From positions 6,224,231-6,288,230 of the forward strand of contig NC_134033.1 in the NCBI RefSeq assembly GCF_964204645.1: a DNA stretch of 64,000 nucleotides. The letters run 5' to 3'. The translations under genes and the position numbers were made by a program. This document shows positions 36,885-49,433 of the stretch, piece by piece (within the stretch, counting starts at the first letter, position 1; the number at the start of each line of letters is the position of its first letter). The stretch comes from Tubulanus polymorphus (Eukaryota > Animalia > Nemertea). The notes beneath the pieces are model-generated. The model had not been told where the DNA came from, made no database searches, and saw only the letters and a list, made by a program, of their open reading frames with translations.

Positions 36885-36964
36885 GGGAAAAAATTACTTG
36901 TGGTGATGAGTGGGGTGTCTCGCCCTCACGCCCTCTGATCTGAAACCCCACTTTTCTAATTACT
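36885..36964 (-). repeat. Right TIR
   Basis: Exact reverse complement of 20874-20953. Confidence 0.95.
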
Positions 36965-37035
36965 TACTTCAATATTCAATATTAGAAAATGTTATAACTC
37001 CAGTTGATAATAGCGTCATAAATCCACCTAATTGA
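36965..37035 (-). mobile_element. Continuation of the outer Polinton remnant beyond the TSD
   Basis: Reverse complement matches 34811-34874 (QLGGFMTLLSTGVITFSNIE) and rejoins 20873 across the TSD. Confidence 0.85.
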
Positions 37036-37039
37036 TGGA

Positions 37040-38280
37040 TGGTATATTCTCTGATACATCACCTGATAACTATGTAAACAGCTCCGTACCACAGGGATCA
37101 ATTTTGGGTCCATTGCTATTTTTGTTGTATATTAATGATCTTAAGATGGATTAAGCAGTACTGTGCTTTTGTATGCATATGATACCTCCTTATATTCTAG
37201 TATTGATCCAACTGACCCGTACCCTGGTAATCGAGCCGTCCAGTCAGATTTTGATAATATCTCGAAGTGGGCACGAAGTGGGCTGGGATCTTGAGTTTAA
37301 GCTTAGAAAGAGTTGTGATGTCACATTTTGTAAAAATGACATCAAGAATTATAATCCTTTGTTTTTAAACGGTATTCGTATCCCAAGTGAAACGTCACGT
37401 AAGCACTTTGGTTTTATCTTAGACTCAAATCTACGTTTCCAAAAACTTGTTGAATCTATTTATGAAAAGGTACAAAAGCTTTTAAATCCGTTAAAATCAT
37501 TAAATCACAAATTAAAATCACGACACTTGAACACAATCTACAGTTCATTTATATACCCACACTTTGCGTATTGTGATGTAATATTTAGTAGCGCCAACAA
37601 AACAGCTCTAGATAGGCATGAACGGCTCCATTACCAGTCTGCTATCATAGTATCTGGCTGTATCACAGGTTCTAGTAGAGAAAAAGTTTTAGATGTCCTT
37701 AACTGGCAATCATTATCAAGCAGGCGCCTCGTGCGACAAAAAGTTTTCATGTATAAATTTTCAAAATGTATGCACCCCTCTTATGTCTTATCACTCTTCA
37801 GTACCTACCAAAATATAGCTGAAAGAAACTTGAGAAATCAACAACCTTTTCGTATACCCCATCGTATACCCCATCGTGTACCAAGTAAGATTAAGAATTC
37901 CCCTATATTCAGACTTATGGCTGTCTGGAATGACACTTGTACAGACATTCGCTCTATTCAAAACTTATCAATTTTTAAATCTAGAGTCTATAAACGATCA
38001 TCACAAGTTTCTACAATCACGACAGCAATGATTCTAAATTTAAATCGTAGAGAAGAAATGTCTTTAAAAAGACTACGTGTAGACTTCTTTTTACGATCCC
38101 AGCTATATGATCATAATTTTAGCAATGTGCTTCATCCAAATTGCCCTGAAAGATTCGATACAGTTCATTTCCTTTTAAAATGCCAGCACCCTCCTCATCG
38201 CGATAAAATCCATAGCCTACTCCAGGACCTTGCTAATGAAATTCAATTATCTACAATGCAGCAATTCTTTTCAAAACTTC
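37040..38280 (+). mobile_element. Degraded non-LTR retrotransposon (CR1/L2-like), RT C-terminus and 3' region
   Basis: VPQGSILGPLLFLLYIND at ~37085; KHFGFILDSNL, IYSSFIYPHFAYC; followed by an (ATT)n tail. Confidence 0.8.
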
Positions 38281-38284
38281 TTTT

Positions 38285-38345
38285 CGTCGTCATCATCATC
38301 ATCATCATCAATCAATTATTTTTATTATTTATTATTTATTATTTA

Positions 38346-38403
<58 letters not shown>

Positions 38404-38445
38404 CATTATTATTATTATTATTTATTATTTATTTATTCATTTATT
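38285..38445. repeat. (ATC)n/(ATT)n microsatellite
   Basis: Directly visible. Confidence 0.95.
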
Positions 38446-38706
38446 TCAGAAATAAATTGCAACAATGTGTACAATGTTATTGTTAATACATAATATTGTA
38501 ATATAAAACTGGGGTTTCAGAAAAAGCAAGGCTTGTATAAACTGAAACCCTGAAAAGGAATGTTAAATATATAAAATGTAGTAGTTGGCTAATAAACTGC
38601 TGTTTTAAATTAACTGCGATAAATACAGAGATTTACGAGAAAATACACTAGTATGCTAAATAAATATAAAGCAGCTTAAGAAGAATCAGCGAAAGAGGAC
38701 AATCAA

Positions 38707-39680
38707 TTAATAAGTGGATATATAATAGCGTTTCATATTTGATTTGAAAATATCCAAACTTTTACTGGTTTTTATTGACTGACTAATTTGATTCCAAAGT
38801 TTTGGACCCTTTACTCTCAATGAAAACTTTTTAACATTAGTATGGTAATGACTCAAACGAAGGTTAGTCCTCGATCTGGTATGATGATTATGAATTGATG
38901 CATTTAACTCAAAAAGATCAGCGAACGTGCGAGGTAGAAGGTTGTGGGAATGACAATACACAAACTGCCCAACAAGAAGATTGTTTATATCATGGAGTTT
39001 TAAGATCTAGTGAGTGGCTTTAAATAACGGGCCTGTATGTTCTAGGAAGTAACTTTTGGTGATGATTCGTATGACTCTTTTTTGAAGTTTGAATAACTTA
39101 CCTAGAGCAGATTCGGAGTTGTTGCCCCAAACAATATTGCAATAAAATAGGTGAGGGTAGATAAGGCTGTAATACAGTTGTCTTAGTACATTAGATGGTA
39201 AAAGTTTTGATAATTTGTAGATGATACCATTATTTTTGGCTACCGTCGTTGAGATAATACTTATGTGTTTTTCCAGTTAAGTTTTTCATCAATTTGAACG
39301 CCTAAGAATTTTGTGTCTTGGACCCTGGATATGGGTTTACCATCTATATAGACAAGTTCATTTGAATATTACAAGGCCTTCTATTAAAAACAATGTAATA
39401 CGTTTTTTTTAAGATTTAACGATAATTTGTTTGCTTTAAACCAATCTACAAGTTTAGCTAATTCTGTGTTTATAATGAGTTCAAGATGGCTCGGATTTGA
39501 GAGGCTTTTGAAAAAATATTGGAATCATCAGCAAACAACACATACTGGAAAATTGGAGAAGCATTAACGCAATCATTTATGTATGGTAGAAATAGAATTG
39601 GGCCTAAGACAGAACCTTGTGGCACTCCAAGACTAATTGGGCTAAGAGAAGAAGTATGTTTATCAATAACAACTGCCTGT
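38707..39680 (-). mobile_element. Degraded LINE RT fragment
   Basis: GVPQGSVLGPILFLPYIND..LFADDSN; downstream HNHHTR..KGPKLWN. Confidence 0.8.
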
Positions 39681-39683
39681 TTT

Positions 39684-39895
<212 letters not shown>

Positions 39896-40379
39896 GTTCT
39901 TAAAAATTGTAATAGTCTTTTTTCTACAAAGCGGTCTTTTCAATATTAAATATTTATAACTTTGCTATTAATGTCAATTTTTGACCTTAGCAAATATAAC
40001 TTATTGTAAAATTTTCCCTGAAATAAAGCTATATATATATTAGAAAAAAAATTCATTTCAATAGTTTTTTTGTATGCTGTTGCCAAGCAACTTACAAAAA
40101 TGTTAATTTCTTTGGGCGAAATAAGCAAATTTTATACTTATTTAACTGCATATTGCATTTTATGATTTCTATATACAACAAGTAAGACATAAAACAAAAC
40201 CACAATATGGTAATTAACCATAGGAACATCAGCGCCCCTTTAGGTGAAAAATGAGGTTTTTTCATGAATAATGGGATCTGATCTATCGATGGATGCATGT
40301 TGCAAACCCTTAACAAAAAATGCCGTTATGTTTTCTATACAGACTTTTCCCGCGTCTGAAAACGCCGCCACCGCCGCAA

Positions 40380-41215
40380 GTGACGTTAATTGCCCAGAGG
40401 CCGCAACCGTCGACCGATATTTCAAACTTGGTACACAAGTAGGGTATCATTTGGGCCAAAACCCTATATAAAATTGGGTTGACTCGATTAAAATTATGGC
40501 CACTAGGGGCCGTCATGAAAACGACGTTAACGGCCTAAAGGCCGTGATTGTTGACCGATTTTTTTTTTCAAAGTTGGCACATAACTAGGGCATTATTTAG
40601 GGCAAAATGCTTTTTTAAATTGGGTCGATTTGATTCAAATTATGGCCACCAGGGGACCGACATGAAAATCAACGTTAACAGCGTAGAGGCCGCAATTGTT
40701 GACCGATTCAAACTTGGTACACAACAAAGGTATCACTTGGGCCAGAACCCTCTTAAAAATTGGATCGATTCGATTCAAATCATGGCAACCAGTGGGCCGA
40801 CATGAAAAACGAATTTAACAGTCTAGAGGCCACAACTGTAGACCGAATTTTTGTTGGTACACAACTGGGATATCACATGGACCAGAACCCTATTTGAAAT
40901 GGGTCGAATTCATTCAGATTTTGGCTACCAGGGGGCCGATATGAAAAACATTATCGCGATTTTCAACCGATTTTTTTTCAAACTTGATACACAACTGGGA
41001 TATCACAAAGGGCAGAACCCAATTCAAAATCGGGTTGATTTAATCAAATTATGATACCAGGGGGCCGGCATGAAAACGACGTTAACAGTCTAGAGGCTGC
41101 AATTGTCGACCAAATTTCTCAAAACTTACGAGTAGGGCTTTGTAGAACCTTATTTAAGAGTTAGTTGATGCGATTCAAATTATGGCCAGCTGGGGAAAAC
41201 AGCCTAGAGGCTGTA
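40380..41215. repeat. ~140-bp tandem repeat array (about 6 diverged units)
   Basis: Recurring GACGTTAAC..GAGGCCGCAA..GACCGAT..AAACTTGGTACACAA..ATGGCCACCAGGGG..CATGAAAA. Confidence 0.8.
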
Positions 41216-42492
41216 ACTTTTATTTAAAGACATGATTCTTCTGACATCTTATACTCTAATATTTATATCTATATGAACATTATATAAATTAATAATATAT
41301 AAATGAAATCAATTTTAATAAAAGAATTTGTATAATAAATGGAGAGTAAACAAGTACATAGTGAGAACAACGAATCATTCTTAAATAGAATTAAAGTTAC
41401 CACCAATAAGGGTAAAAAATACTTTAGAGCGAAAGGTTTCAGCGAACTCTAACTCTTTTTCAATTTTAAACTTTTTTAATAAAAATTTAATATATAAATG
41501 AGGTGCTAAAATTTAATTAAGGTTCCTGCGAAAGAAATGAATAATAAATATATAAATTCAATATTTTATCATTTAACTGTTATTAATCATTTAGCTGATA
41601 TTTCATGAGTAAATATACATAAGTATTATAAATCTGATAAAAACAAATTAATTGAAACGTCAGATATATTTGGCGATAATATAATGCTATATAAAATCAT
41701 GTTAGAACAAGAAATTATTAAAGAAAATAGAACAACTTTTCTTAACGTTAATCAGAGAAAGATAACACATTATGAAATTAAAGAATGTTTTAATCAAGGA
41801 AATATTATATTAGATAAATTTAAATGAATTAATACAGAAATATATAATATTGAAAAATTATTAAATGAAAAGAATTACAATATATTAGATATATACAAGC
41901 ATAAATATAATTCCCAGCGGCATAGAGAATTAGGAGTAAGTTTAGTAGTAAGTTGTTATTTGATTTAATTATGTAAACATCTAAATGTTTGATGATATTT
42001 TGAAAATGATAATAAAATATTAAATATTAATCAATTTTTTAGTTTTTCTCTTAAATAAATGGCCTCTAAAGTGTGGGCAAAATTTAGGAATTTGCCAGAA
42101 TTTTTCTTAAGATTTTCACTTTCTTTTGCAATGAGTTAGATCCATAAAAGTACACTTTTCAGAAACAGGTGATGATACTTGTTCGTCACATTTTGTTTTG
42201 TTTGTTAGGTATGAAAGCAGATTTTTTGGCAGAAATCTTACATTTGGAGCTGAACCATTTTACTTCCGCGAGGTTACTAAAACATATAGATTCAGTAAAA
42301 CCTTAATCGAAGTTCTAAGCGAAACATTCTACGCACTAATAGTGGATGTTTTCATGTTATCAAACCATAATAGGTTTAAATCCCATATTTACTGATATAC
42401 ATTTGGTGCACTGCTGAGCCTCTTGGGGCCCGCATCTCTGTGCAAGCAAAAGCAAAAGTGGCAAGATTCTGTCGTAAATGTATGTCGTGAGG

Positions 42493-43626
42493 TTATATAA
42501 GAGTACAGCTAACTACCGAATGCCAAAGTTTTGATATGTTCCTCCGGAACATAGAGTTCGTGAAAATATAAATGAAAAAATTAATGAACGAATCGATAAT
42601 CGACAACAATTTTGATAACGCCGGAAGGGGAACAGCGAAATGCCTGTAAACAAACCTTCCAGCGTAGTCATAGAACAGCCGTGCATCTATGTGATGAACT
42701 GCGTGAGGGATTTCTAAAACTAAAAATACGAACACAATGGTAATGGAGGTTTTCGTAGGACTGTCGATTGCATTCGTGTTATTTTGTCCGAGTATTTTTG
42801 CAACTCGTACTGATTGGACTATTTTGTAAATAACGATTGTATTTGTCAGCACTAGGACAAAAAATGGTAAGATTGATTCAAACAAGGGAAGAGCTATTGC
42901 TGCGTACCTCCATTGCAGCCCATTATTCGGTAATCTTATCATCACCCAACCTGGTTGTCCGTACGGGCATTTTTGCGATACGTGAACTACTTCTTTGAAA
43001 AGGAAAATCATGATATTAGCGCCCATCATGACGATAATCAAAACTAGTACGCAAACGTGACAGAATGATCTTGTCAACCACGAGCGAGATTTTAGGGGAA
43101 ATGATATCTTTATCAGACGCTCAATCCCGAGAAACGCCGTCAAATTGTTGCGTACGTCTTTGGCGAAGTGGCGCAAGGGCTGTGCAACGTAATGAATTGA
43201 TGGAATGATATCACCTCGCCCTATTCTTGAAAAGTCTCGTCCATACGTGAGTACAGCGACCAGATAATACAGCTGGTCATCTAGAAATGATGTAAATAGA
43301 AACGTCGAGTCAGACAGACTGATAACTCGAAGTAAATAGTAAAGCGAATGGAACTTGCGATCTATCTTATCTAAAGCGACGAAGGCAATAGAATTTAGAA
43401 GCATGCCTAAACAAACAAATGGAAATGCGACGTATACGAAGATCACCAGTTCAATGTGTGCTTTTATGCGTTCGTCGCATTGAAGTCGGATCGTAGTAGT
43501 TCCGTTGAAGAAAGAGCCCCGTATTGATTGCATACTTGGTAGTTGGTAGTTTACTTGCTTTTGCATGTGAAGAAAGCTGCAGGAATAATGTATATATATT
43601 GTTTCAAAGTTGTCAAATATCGACAT
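42493..43626 (-). CDS. Intronless rhodopsin-family (peptide receptor-like) GPCR; true start may be a downstream Met
   Basis: Seven hydrophobic segments; GMLLNS, SLSD, GIERLIKISFP, LEIP, FINFFIY. Confidence 0.85.
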   Translation of the reverse strand: MSIFDNFETIYIHYSCSFLHMQKQVNYQLPSMQSIRGSFFNGTTTIRLQCDERIKAHIELVIFVYVAFPFVCLGMLLNSIAFVALDKIDRKFHSLYYLLRVISLSDSTFLFTSFLDDQLYYLVAVLTYGRDFSRIGRGDIIPSIHYVAQPLRHFAKDVRNNLTAFLGIERLIKISFPLKSRSWLTRSFCHVCVLVLIIVMMGANIMIFLFKEVVHVSQKCPYGQPGWVMIRLPNNGLQWRYAAIALPLFESILPFFVLVLTNTIVIYKIVQSVRVAKILGQNNTNAIDSPTKTSITIVFVFLVLEIPHAVHHIDARLFYDYAGRFVYRHFAVPLPALSKLLSIIDSFINFFIYIFTNSMFRRNISKLWHSVVSCTLI

Positions 43627-43929
43627 ATAACCATTGTCGGTGGGTGATTACCGTTTATTGCATAGTGATATGTATTGATCAAAACCCTTGATACATTTGC
43701 TTCTGGTCCCTCGTGAACAAAAGAACTTAAAATATAGCTGCATAGCAGCGATAACGGATCTTTGCCTAACTGGTTCATATGTCGCACTGGCATGGAAAGT
43801 GTACAAAGATTTCATAGAAATAATTCTAATTAGTCCATAACTATGGCTATTTCCAAGAAGCGCAACCTAGGTCAACACTATGCTGGATATATGTGGATAA
43901 CTGTCTAGTATTGTGGGAGTGGAAGTTAA

Positions 43930-46510
43930 AAATATGAAATGAATTTAGCAGTGGAGATGGGAGGAAGTTATGAGTGTATAGAAATCCAAGTTCAGACCAT
44001 GGAATTTAAGTATTTTGTATTTTTTAAATAGCACCTGTTGTGGCGCGTTATAAGCCGAGTTTTCGATGAGTCTTAGTGCTTTTTTCTGGATAGTAAAGAG
44101 ACTTTTGGATTGACTAGATGATAACAATGGCCCCCACGAAGTGCATACGTTAGGTGACTTTGGATATAGCTCATGTATAACAATTTTTAGTCCAATTGGA
44201 ATGAGATTTTTCAAGCTTCAAGATATAAATTTTTGTTCTATTTGTTAACTACAATTGGAATATTTTTGGATCTTTCTAAAGCATTCGACACTGTAAACCA
44301 TCACATTCTTCTAGAAAAACTTAAATGTTATGGTATTAAGGGATTACCCCTCCTTTGGTTTAAAAACTATCTTGAAAATAGATGCCAAGTTGTACAAATA
44401 GAAAATAAAATATCGGACCCCTCCAAATCAAAATCGGAGTTCCGCAAGGGTCCATCCTTGGTCCCTTACTATTTTTATTATATATCAATGACAGCACAAA
44501 TTTAAGTAATCTTATTCAATTAATCTTGTTCGCCGATGACACGAACGCCTTTATCAGTGATACCGACCGCCATCGCATTATCCAAAATATAAATACTGAA
44601 TTATATAAATTATCAATATGGTTTCAAGCAAACAAATTATCATTGAACCTGGAAAAAACAAATTATATAGTATTCGGTCCTGACTTACCAAACAACGTTT
44701 TTATCCATATAAATGGTCAACCTATCAACCGCGTAAAACACACGAATTTCCTAGGGGTTTGTATTGATGAAAAATTATCATGGAAGGAACATATAAATAA
44801 TATTAGAATAAGAGTTGCCCAAAGTGTAGGTATACTGAATCGACTAAAAAATATCCTGCCACAACGTATCCTTATCAATTTATATTTTGCTCTTATCGAT
44901 CCACACCTAAGCTATTGCAATATTGTATGGTCATCAAATCATTCGAATCTCTTAAATCCTTTACTTCTATTACAAAAACGTGCCGTCAGAATTATTACCA
45001 ACTCTTACTACCTAGAACATACAAATTCACTATATTCAAAAGACTTAATATTTTAAAAATCCAAGATATTAATTCATTCCAAATTGGTAGTTTTATGTAT
45101 AACTACTCCCATAATGATATTCCCCGCAGTTTTGAAAATTATTTTCCTCTAAGAAATCAAATTCACAGCCACTTAACCAGAAATCGTAACGACCTAATTA
45201 TTCCATATTTCAAGGGACAATTAAAGAAACACTCATTAAAAGTTATAGGCCCCCAATTCTGGAACAAATTAAATACAAATATAAAAGAATCAAAAAGTTA
45301 ATTCGTTTTAAAAAAAAGGCTCAAACATTCCCTTGTTGAGCGATATTCGTAATTTATTATGTCAATCAGTTTATGTATGTCATTGTCAGTCAGTATATGT
45401 ATATGTATGTCAATACGTTGTATTATGATCGGTATTATGTCGTTTTTCTACTCTATTTCATTTCATTTTATATATTTTCTTTTCTAGGGCTGCTTTCTTG
45501 TATAAGCTAACTGTTGCTTCAAAGCAGTCCCTCACCTAATATTATTACAATTTTAATATATTTGTTTATCCATTAATTCTGTAAAAATTTTACATGAAAA
45601 TAAAATCATATCATAAATCATATCAATTAACTGTTTTACATGAGGTACCCAATTTAGACGATCATCAGACGATCAGCAAATCAAGAAATTTAGTAGAGTT
45701 TTCTATTTCAAGAAAGTGTTTTCCAAATGCTATTTTGTATAATGATTTGTCAATGGTTTTATCTTTTGAAAAAAGTAAGCAATTTGTCTTATCTATGTTA
45801 AGTGTGAGTTTATTTGAATTAAACCAGTCAATGATAATATTGAGATCAATTTTAGCATTATGCAATAATTAATTCATATGATTGTTGGAAATAAGTAAGT
45901 TAGTATCATCTACAAAGGAAACTCCTTTAGTGTAGCAGAGGTTGCGAATAAGATCATTGACATAAATAAGAAAAAGTAAAGGCCCAAGGGCCGATGCTTG
46001 TTGGACACCAAATGAAACGGTATTATAGGAAGAGTAGGCATTATTGAATTTGACAAACATTTTACGATTACATAAATATGATTTGAACCAATTATAGGCA
46101 TGACCTCGAATACCATAGTGGGATAATTTAAATAATAATTTGTTGACATCGAGGGAGTCAAAAGCCTTTGATAAGTCCAAAAAGAGTCCAAGGGAGTAAT
46201 CCCCCTTTTCAAGATTTTGTAATATAGAGCCTGTAAATTATGTGATGGCATGTGTCGTAGAGTGTTTTGGTAGAAATCCATATTGGCTGTTATTCAGTAT
46301 GTTATGTTTACATAAAAATTTGTAAAGTCTATTGTGAACTAATTTTCAAGTATTTTTGACATGACCGGAAGTAAAGATATTGGTCGGTAGTTATGAAGGA
46401 GCTGTTTGTTTCCATTTCCATATAGAGGAATATTATCTGAGAAATTTACATGCTGGAAATAAACCATCCTGAAGGGATTTATTGCAGAGAATTGTCAAAG
46501 GATCGATAAT
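43930..46510 (-). mobile_element. Degraded LINE split by a plus-strand LINE insertion
   Basis: DLSKAFDS..GPLLFLIYVND..FVDDTN at 45869-46180; 3' part (QKKALRLI) at 43945-44214. Confidence 0.75.
44245..45630 (+). mobile_element. 5'-truncated LINE (RT) nested in the minus-strand LINE
   Basis: FLDLSKAFDTV, FADDTN, LGVCIDEKLSW; AATAAA plus short-repeat tail; TTAACT at both junctions (possible TSD). Confidence 0.8.
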
Positions 46511-46619
46511 ATTGGATATAATTTGAGGAAACCACATATAAGATAAGATCGATATAGGGTTTACAAAAATTAAATCGTCATATAAAAGAAAATTGATACA
46601 AACTTGAACAATATATAAG

Positions 46620-47860
46620 TTTAAGTTTAAGTTTATTACAATAGACCATCATTACAATAAATTTCTATAAATACAATACATTTAGTACGATAACATTTCG
46701 GAAAATATAACGCCCTTTCTGAATCGACACCGTCGTAAAGTAGTAAAGTTGAGGATATAACAACGTTATACACAATGTTAAACTAAATCATATATACATG
46801 TTTGGATTCTTTCTGACCTATGAGATAGTATTTACCTAATTTCAGCAAATTCGTTCTCATACTGCGTTCTCAATAACTGAATAAATCTATGTACAGATGG
46901 ATATCTGTAAATCGTGAAATCTAGGGTATTTTAGAATACTATATTATTCATCTTTTCAAGATAAGTTCCACTGCAAAATCTACAGTTCCTCTGTTGTCTC
47001 TCCAGTGGAGGTCTTTGCCACCTCCCCGTTTTGATCAATAAAATATGGCATATCATTAGTATTTTAGCTATACTTTTTACGGTAATTCGTATCAATCCAT
47101 CCTAAATATGTTTCTTTTTCGAACATTGATTTCGATTCTCTATAAAATGAAACTTGTCTGTATTCGTTAAACTTCCCATGCCAAAGTTGAACGAACTGAT
47201 CTTGAAGACGACGTTTTACAGTATTAATAAAGGTTGTCACATTATTTACATAACCATTAATCCATGCATATTGTAGACTTTAAAAACCATATATTTTTAA
47301 TAGTAGATACCCAGTTATTTTCATTATTATGTAACTCCATGCCTCATAATGAGGTAAAGGCGCACATCTAAAAAAGAGGTATTATTGTCTATGACTAAGT
47401 CACCATATACATCCTATAGGTGTACTTTTCTTTACCCCTTATATATCTCGACAGAAGTCTAAGTGGATCTTCCCGATCACAGGTATTTCCTTTGTACCCC
47501 ATATCTCGCACCCATGGCTTACGATGGACACTGCTAGTGAGTCAAAAAGATACATAATAGTTTCTGTTGTTAGATATAAAAAATGTACAGTGTATTGTTT
47601 TATCGCAAACAGCGCACCTTTTGCTTTATTAATCATATATTCGTGGTTTCTCTTAGTTTTACCGTTTCTTCGCATGATATAGCCCAAATAGCTGCACTGG
47701 GCCACAACTTTCATTTCTTTTCCATCAATATAAAGTATATCATTTTTACCTCCTCGCCTCTTAAAATTTACGATTTTAGTTTTCTCAACATTAATTTTCA
47801 TTTGCTACTTTTTACAATACCCCAAGAAATGATAATGACCGTTTGTAGATCTTCAGCAAT
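46620..47860 (-). mobile_element. Degraded LINE 3' fragment
   Basis: MKINVEKTKIV..YLG..GCEIWG; AATAAA plus (AACTTA)n tail at ~46620-46636. Confidence 0.7.
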
Positions 47861-48458
47861 AAGCGAGTCTCCAATAAGCACCGCTTCCCCTCTTCGTTGC
47901 CTGTGCTACGAATCACAGAGCCCAAAAATATCTTTTTTTGGGAGCGTGGAATTTCAATTTCTGTTCATTGAATACTTTGTACATGTAGTACAACGAGAAA
48001 GATACGGGAATATTCTCGGGTTCAGAGTTATACAGTTCGTACATCTTTAACACGATGACAAATACTCTTGGCTCGTATTTGCTCTACAGTAATGAGATTT
48101 CATTCTCGAGAAACGTTTGAGGTGTTTCGCCACACTTTCCTTTTTGCTTCATCCGCGACATGCAGTCTTTCTCTCCGTGCACCATGCATTTCGCCTTCTA
48201 AGTTACCAAGCGAATTGGTTTTTTTCTATGACCGTTCTCACTTGTCTTTCTGCAATGCCTAATGTAATCAGAAACATTACTTTGCACATTTCAATATTTT
48301 CATTGGCTTCATTAGGCTAATAATAGCGTATGGTTCGCTTTCTACGCCGTTTTCCTTTATACGGACCATAGGGGAAGATATGATGTGCCTTACGGTACTG
48401 TCTCTGCTTCGAGAGTTCTCCCAAAAATGTGATGGTGATGGTGATGGTGATGGTGATG

Positions 48459-48497
<39 letters not shown>

Positions 48498-48689
48498 GGA
48501 AATACTTGTTATAATAGTTATTACAATAACAACATCACCACTATCACACGGTATTGATCATTTCACAGTCATTAGTCATAATGATTTAGATTTGCAAATT
48601 TTGCGGTTAGTGAGATAATACTGATGTTAGTATTATAATTCAGGTCTGGACTATCAAACAATAAAAATTTACATTAATCAATAAGTCGT

Positions 48690-49433
48690 TTTGAAAAGAA
48701 TTGCTGCATTGTAGATAATTGAATCTCATTTGCAAGGTCCTGGAGTAGGCTATGGATTTTATCGCGATGAGGAGGGTGCTGGCATTTTAAAAGGAAATGA
48801 ACTGTATCGAGTCTTTTATTATTGCAATTAGGGCAATTTGAATGAAGCACATTGCTAAAATTATGATCATATAGCTGGGGTAAAAAGAAGTCTACACGCA
48901 GTCTACTAAAGAATCATGCACATACACTATGATACCTCTATTTCTTTTTGTATAGTTGATTATATCATATTCAGGAATTTCGTATTAATTAAGGTTACAA
49001 CTTATGTTCCAACTTCACAAAGTGCAGCCACAGAAACTCTCTTTTCATGTATTAGTTTTTTGAATAATTCAAAGCGAGTGTTTTGGTCAGCACCAATACT
49101 ATTTATGTTATTAAACAGAATATTCATTGGTTTATCAGGCCCTGGATTCAATTCTACATCATTACATAAAAGAATAAGCAAACTTTTGGTATGAATAAAA
49201 TATATCGAGTTCACTGAGCCAGGGATAAACATCATCATTAGTGATCCATGGAGCAATAGTAGGATAGTACGGACGTTATAAGTATGATTAGATACACGTT
49301 TCATTATTGCAAGCCAACAATATATGGCAACGATTAGAATAAGTACATTACTAGTATAACTCACAAGACACAGCGAAAAGGCAGTAACTTTAACTAACAC
49401 TTCCAGGTCAACGAGGCATATCAAGATCAACAA
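48690..49433 (-). mobile_element. Internally deleted LINE: 2A-like peptide and start of APE endonuclease joined to the 3' end
   Basis: LLILLCNDVELNPGP followed by ILFNNINSI..VAALCE; 48690-48905 is the reverse complement of 38070-38280. Confidence 0.65.

Larger units (their letters stand above)
20874..36964 (+). mobile_element. Polinton/Maverick (endogenous adintovirus-like) element, 16.1 kb, both termini present
   Basis: 5'-AGT...ACT-3' termini, 80-bp perfect TIRs, 6-bp TSD TACTTC (20868-20873 and 36965-36970), pPolB + rve-INT + capsid + ATPase gene set, intronless, strongly AT-rich. Confidence 0.97.

Noticed and set aside
19963-36911. 20-bp repeats as a CRISPR array or spliced-leader RNA genes
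   Set aside because: The copies are dispersed on both strands and tied to gene starts, with no regular spacers or cas genes. No SL-RNA stem-loop structure is evident despite a GT and an Sm-like T-run.
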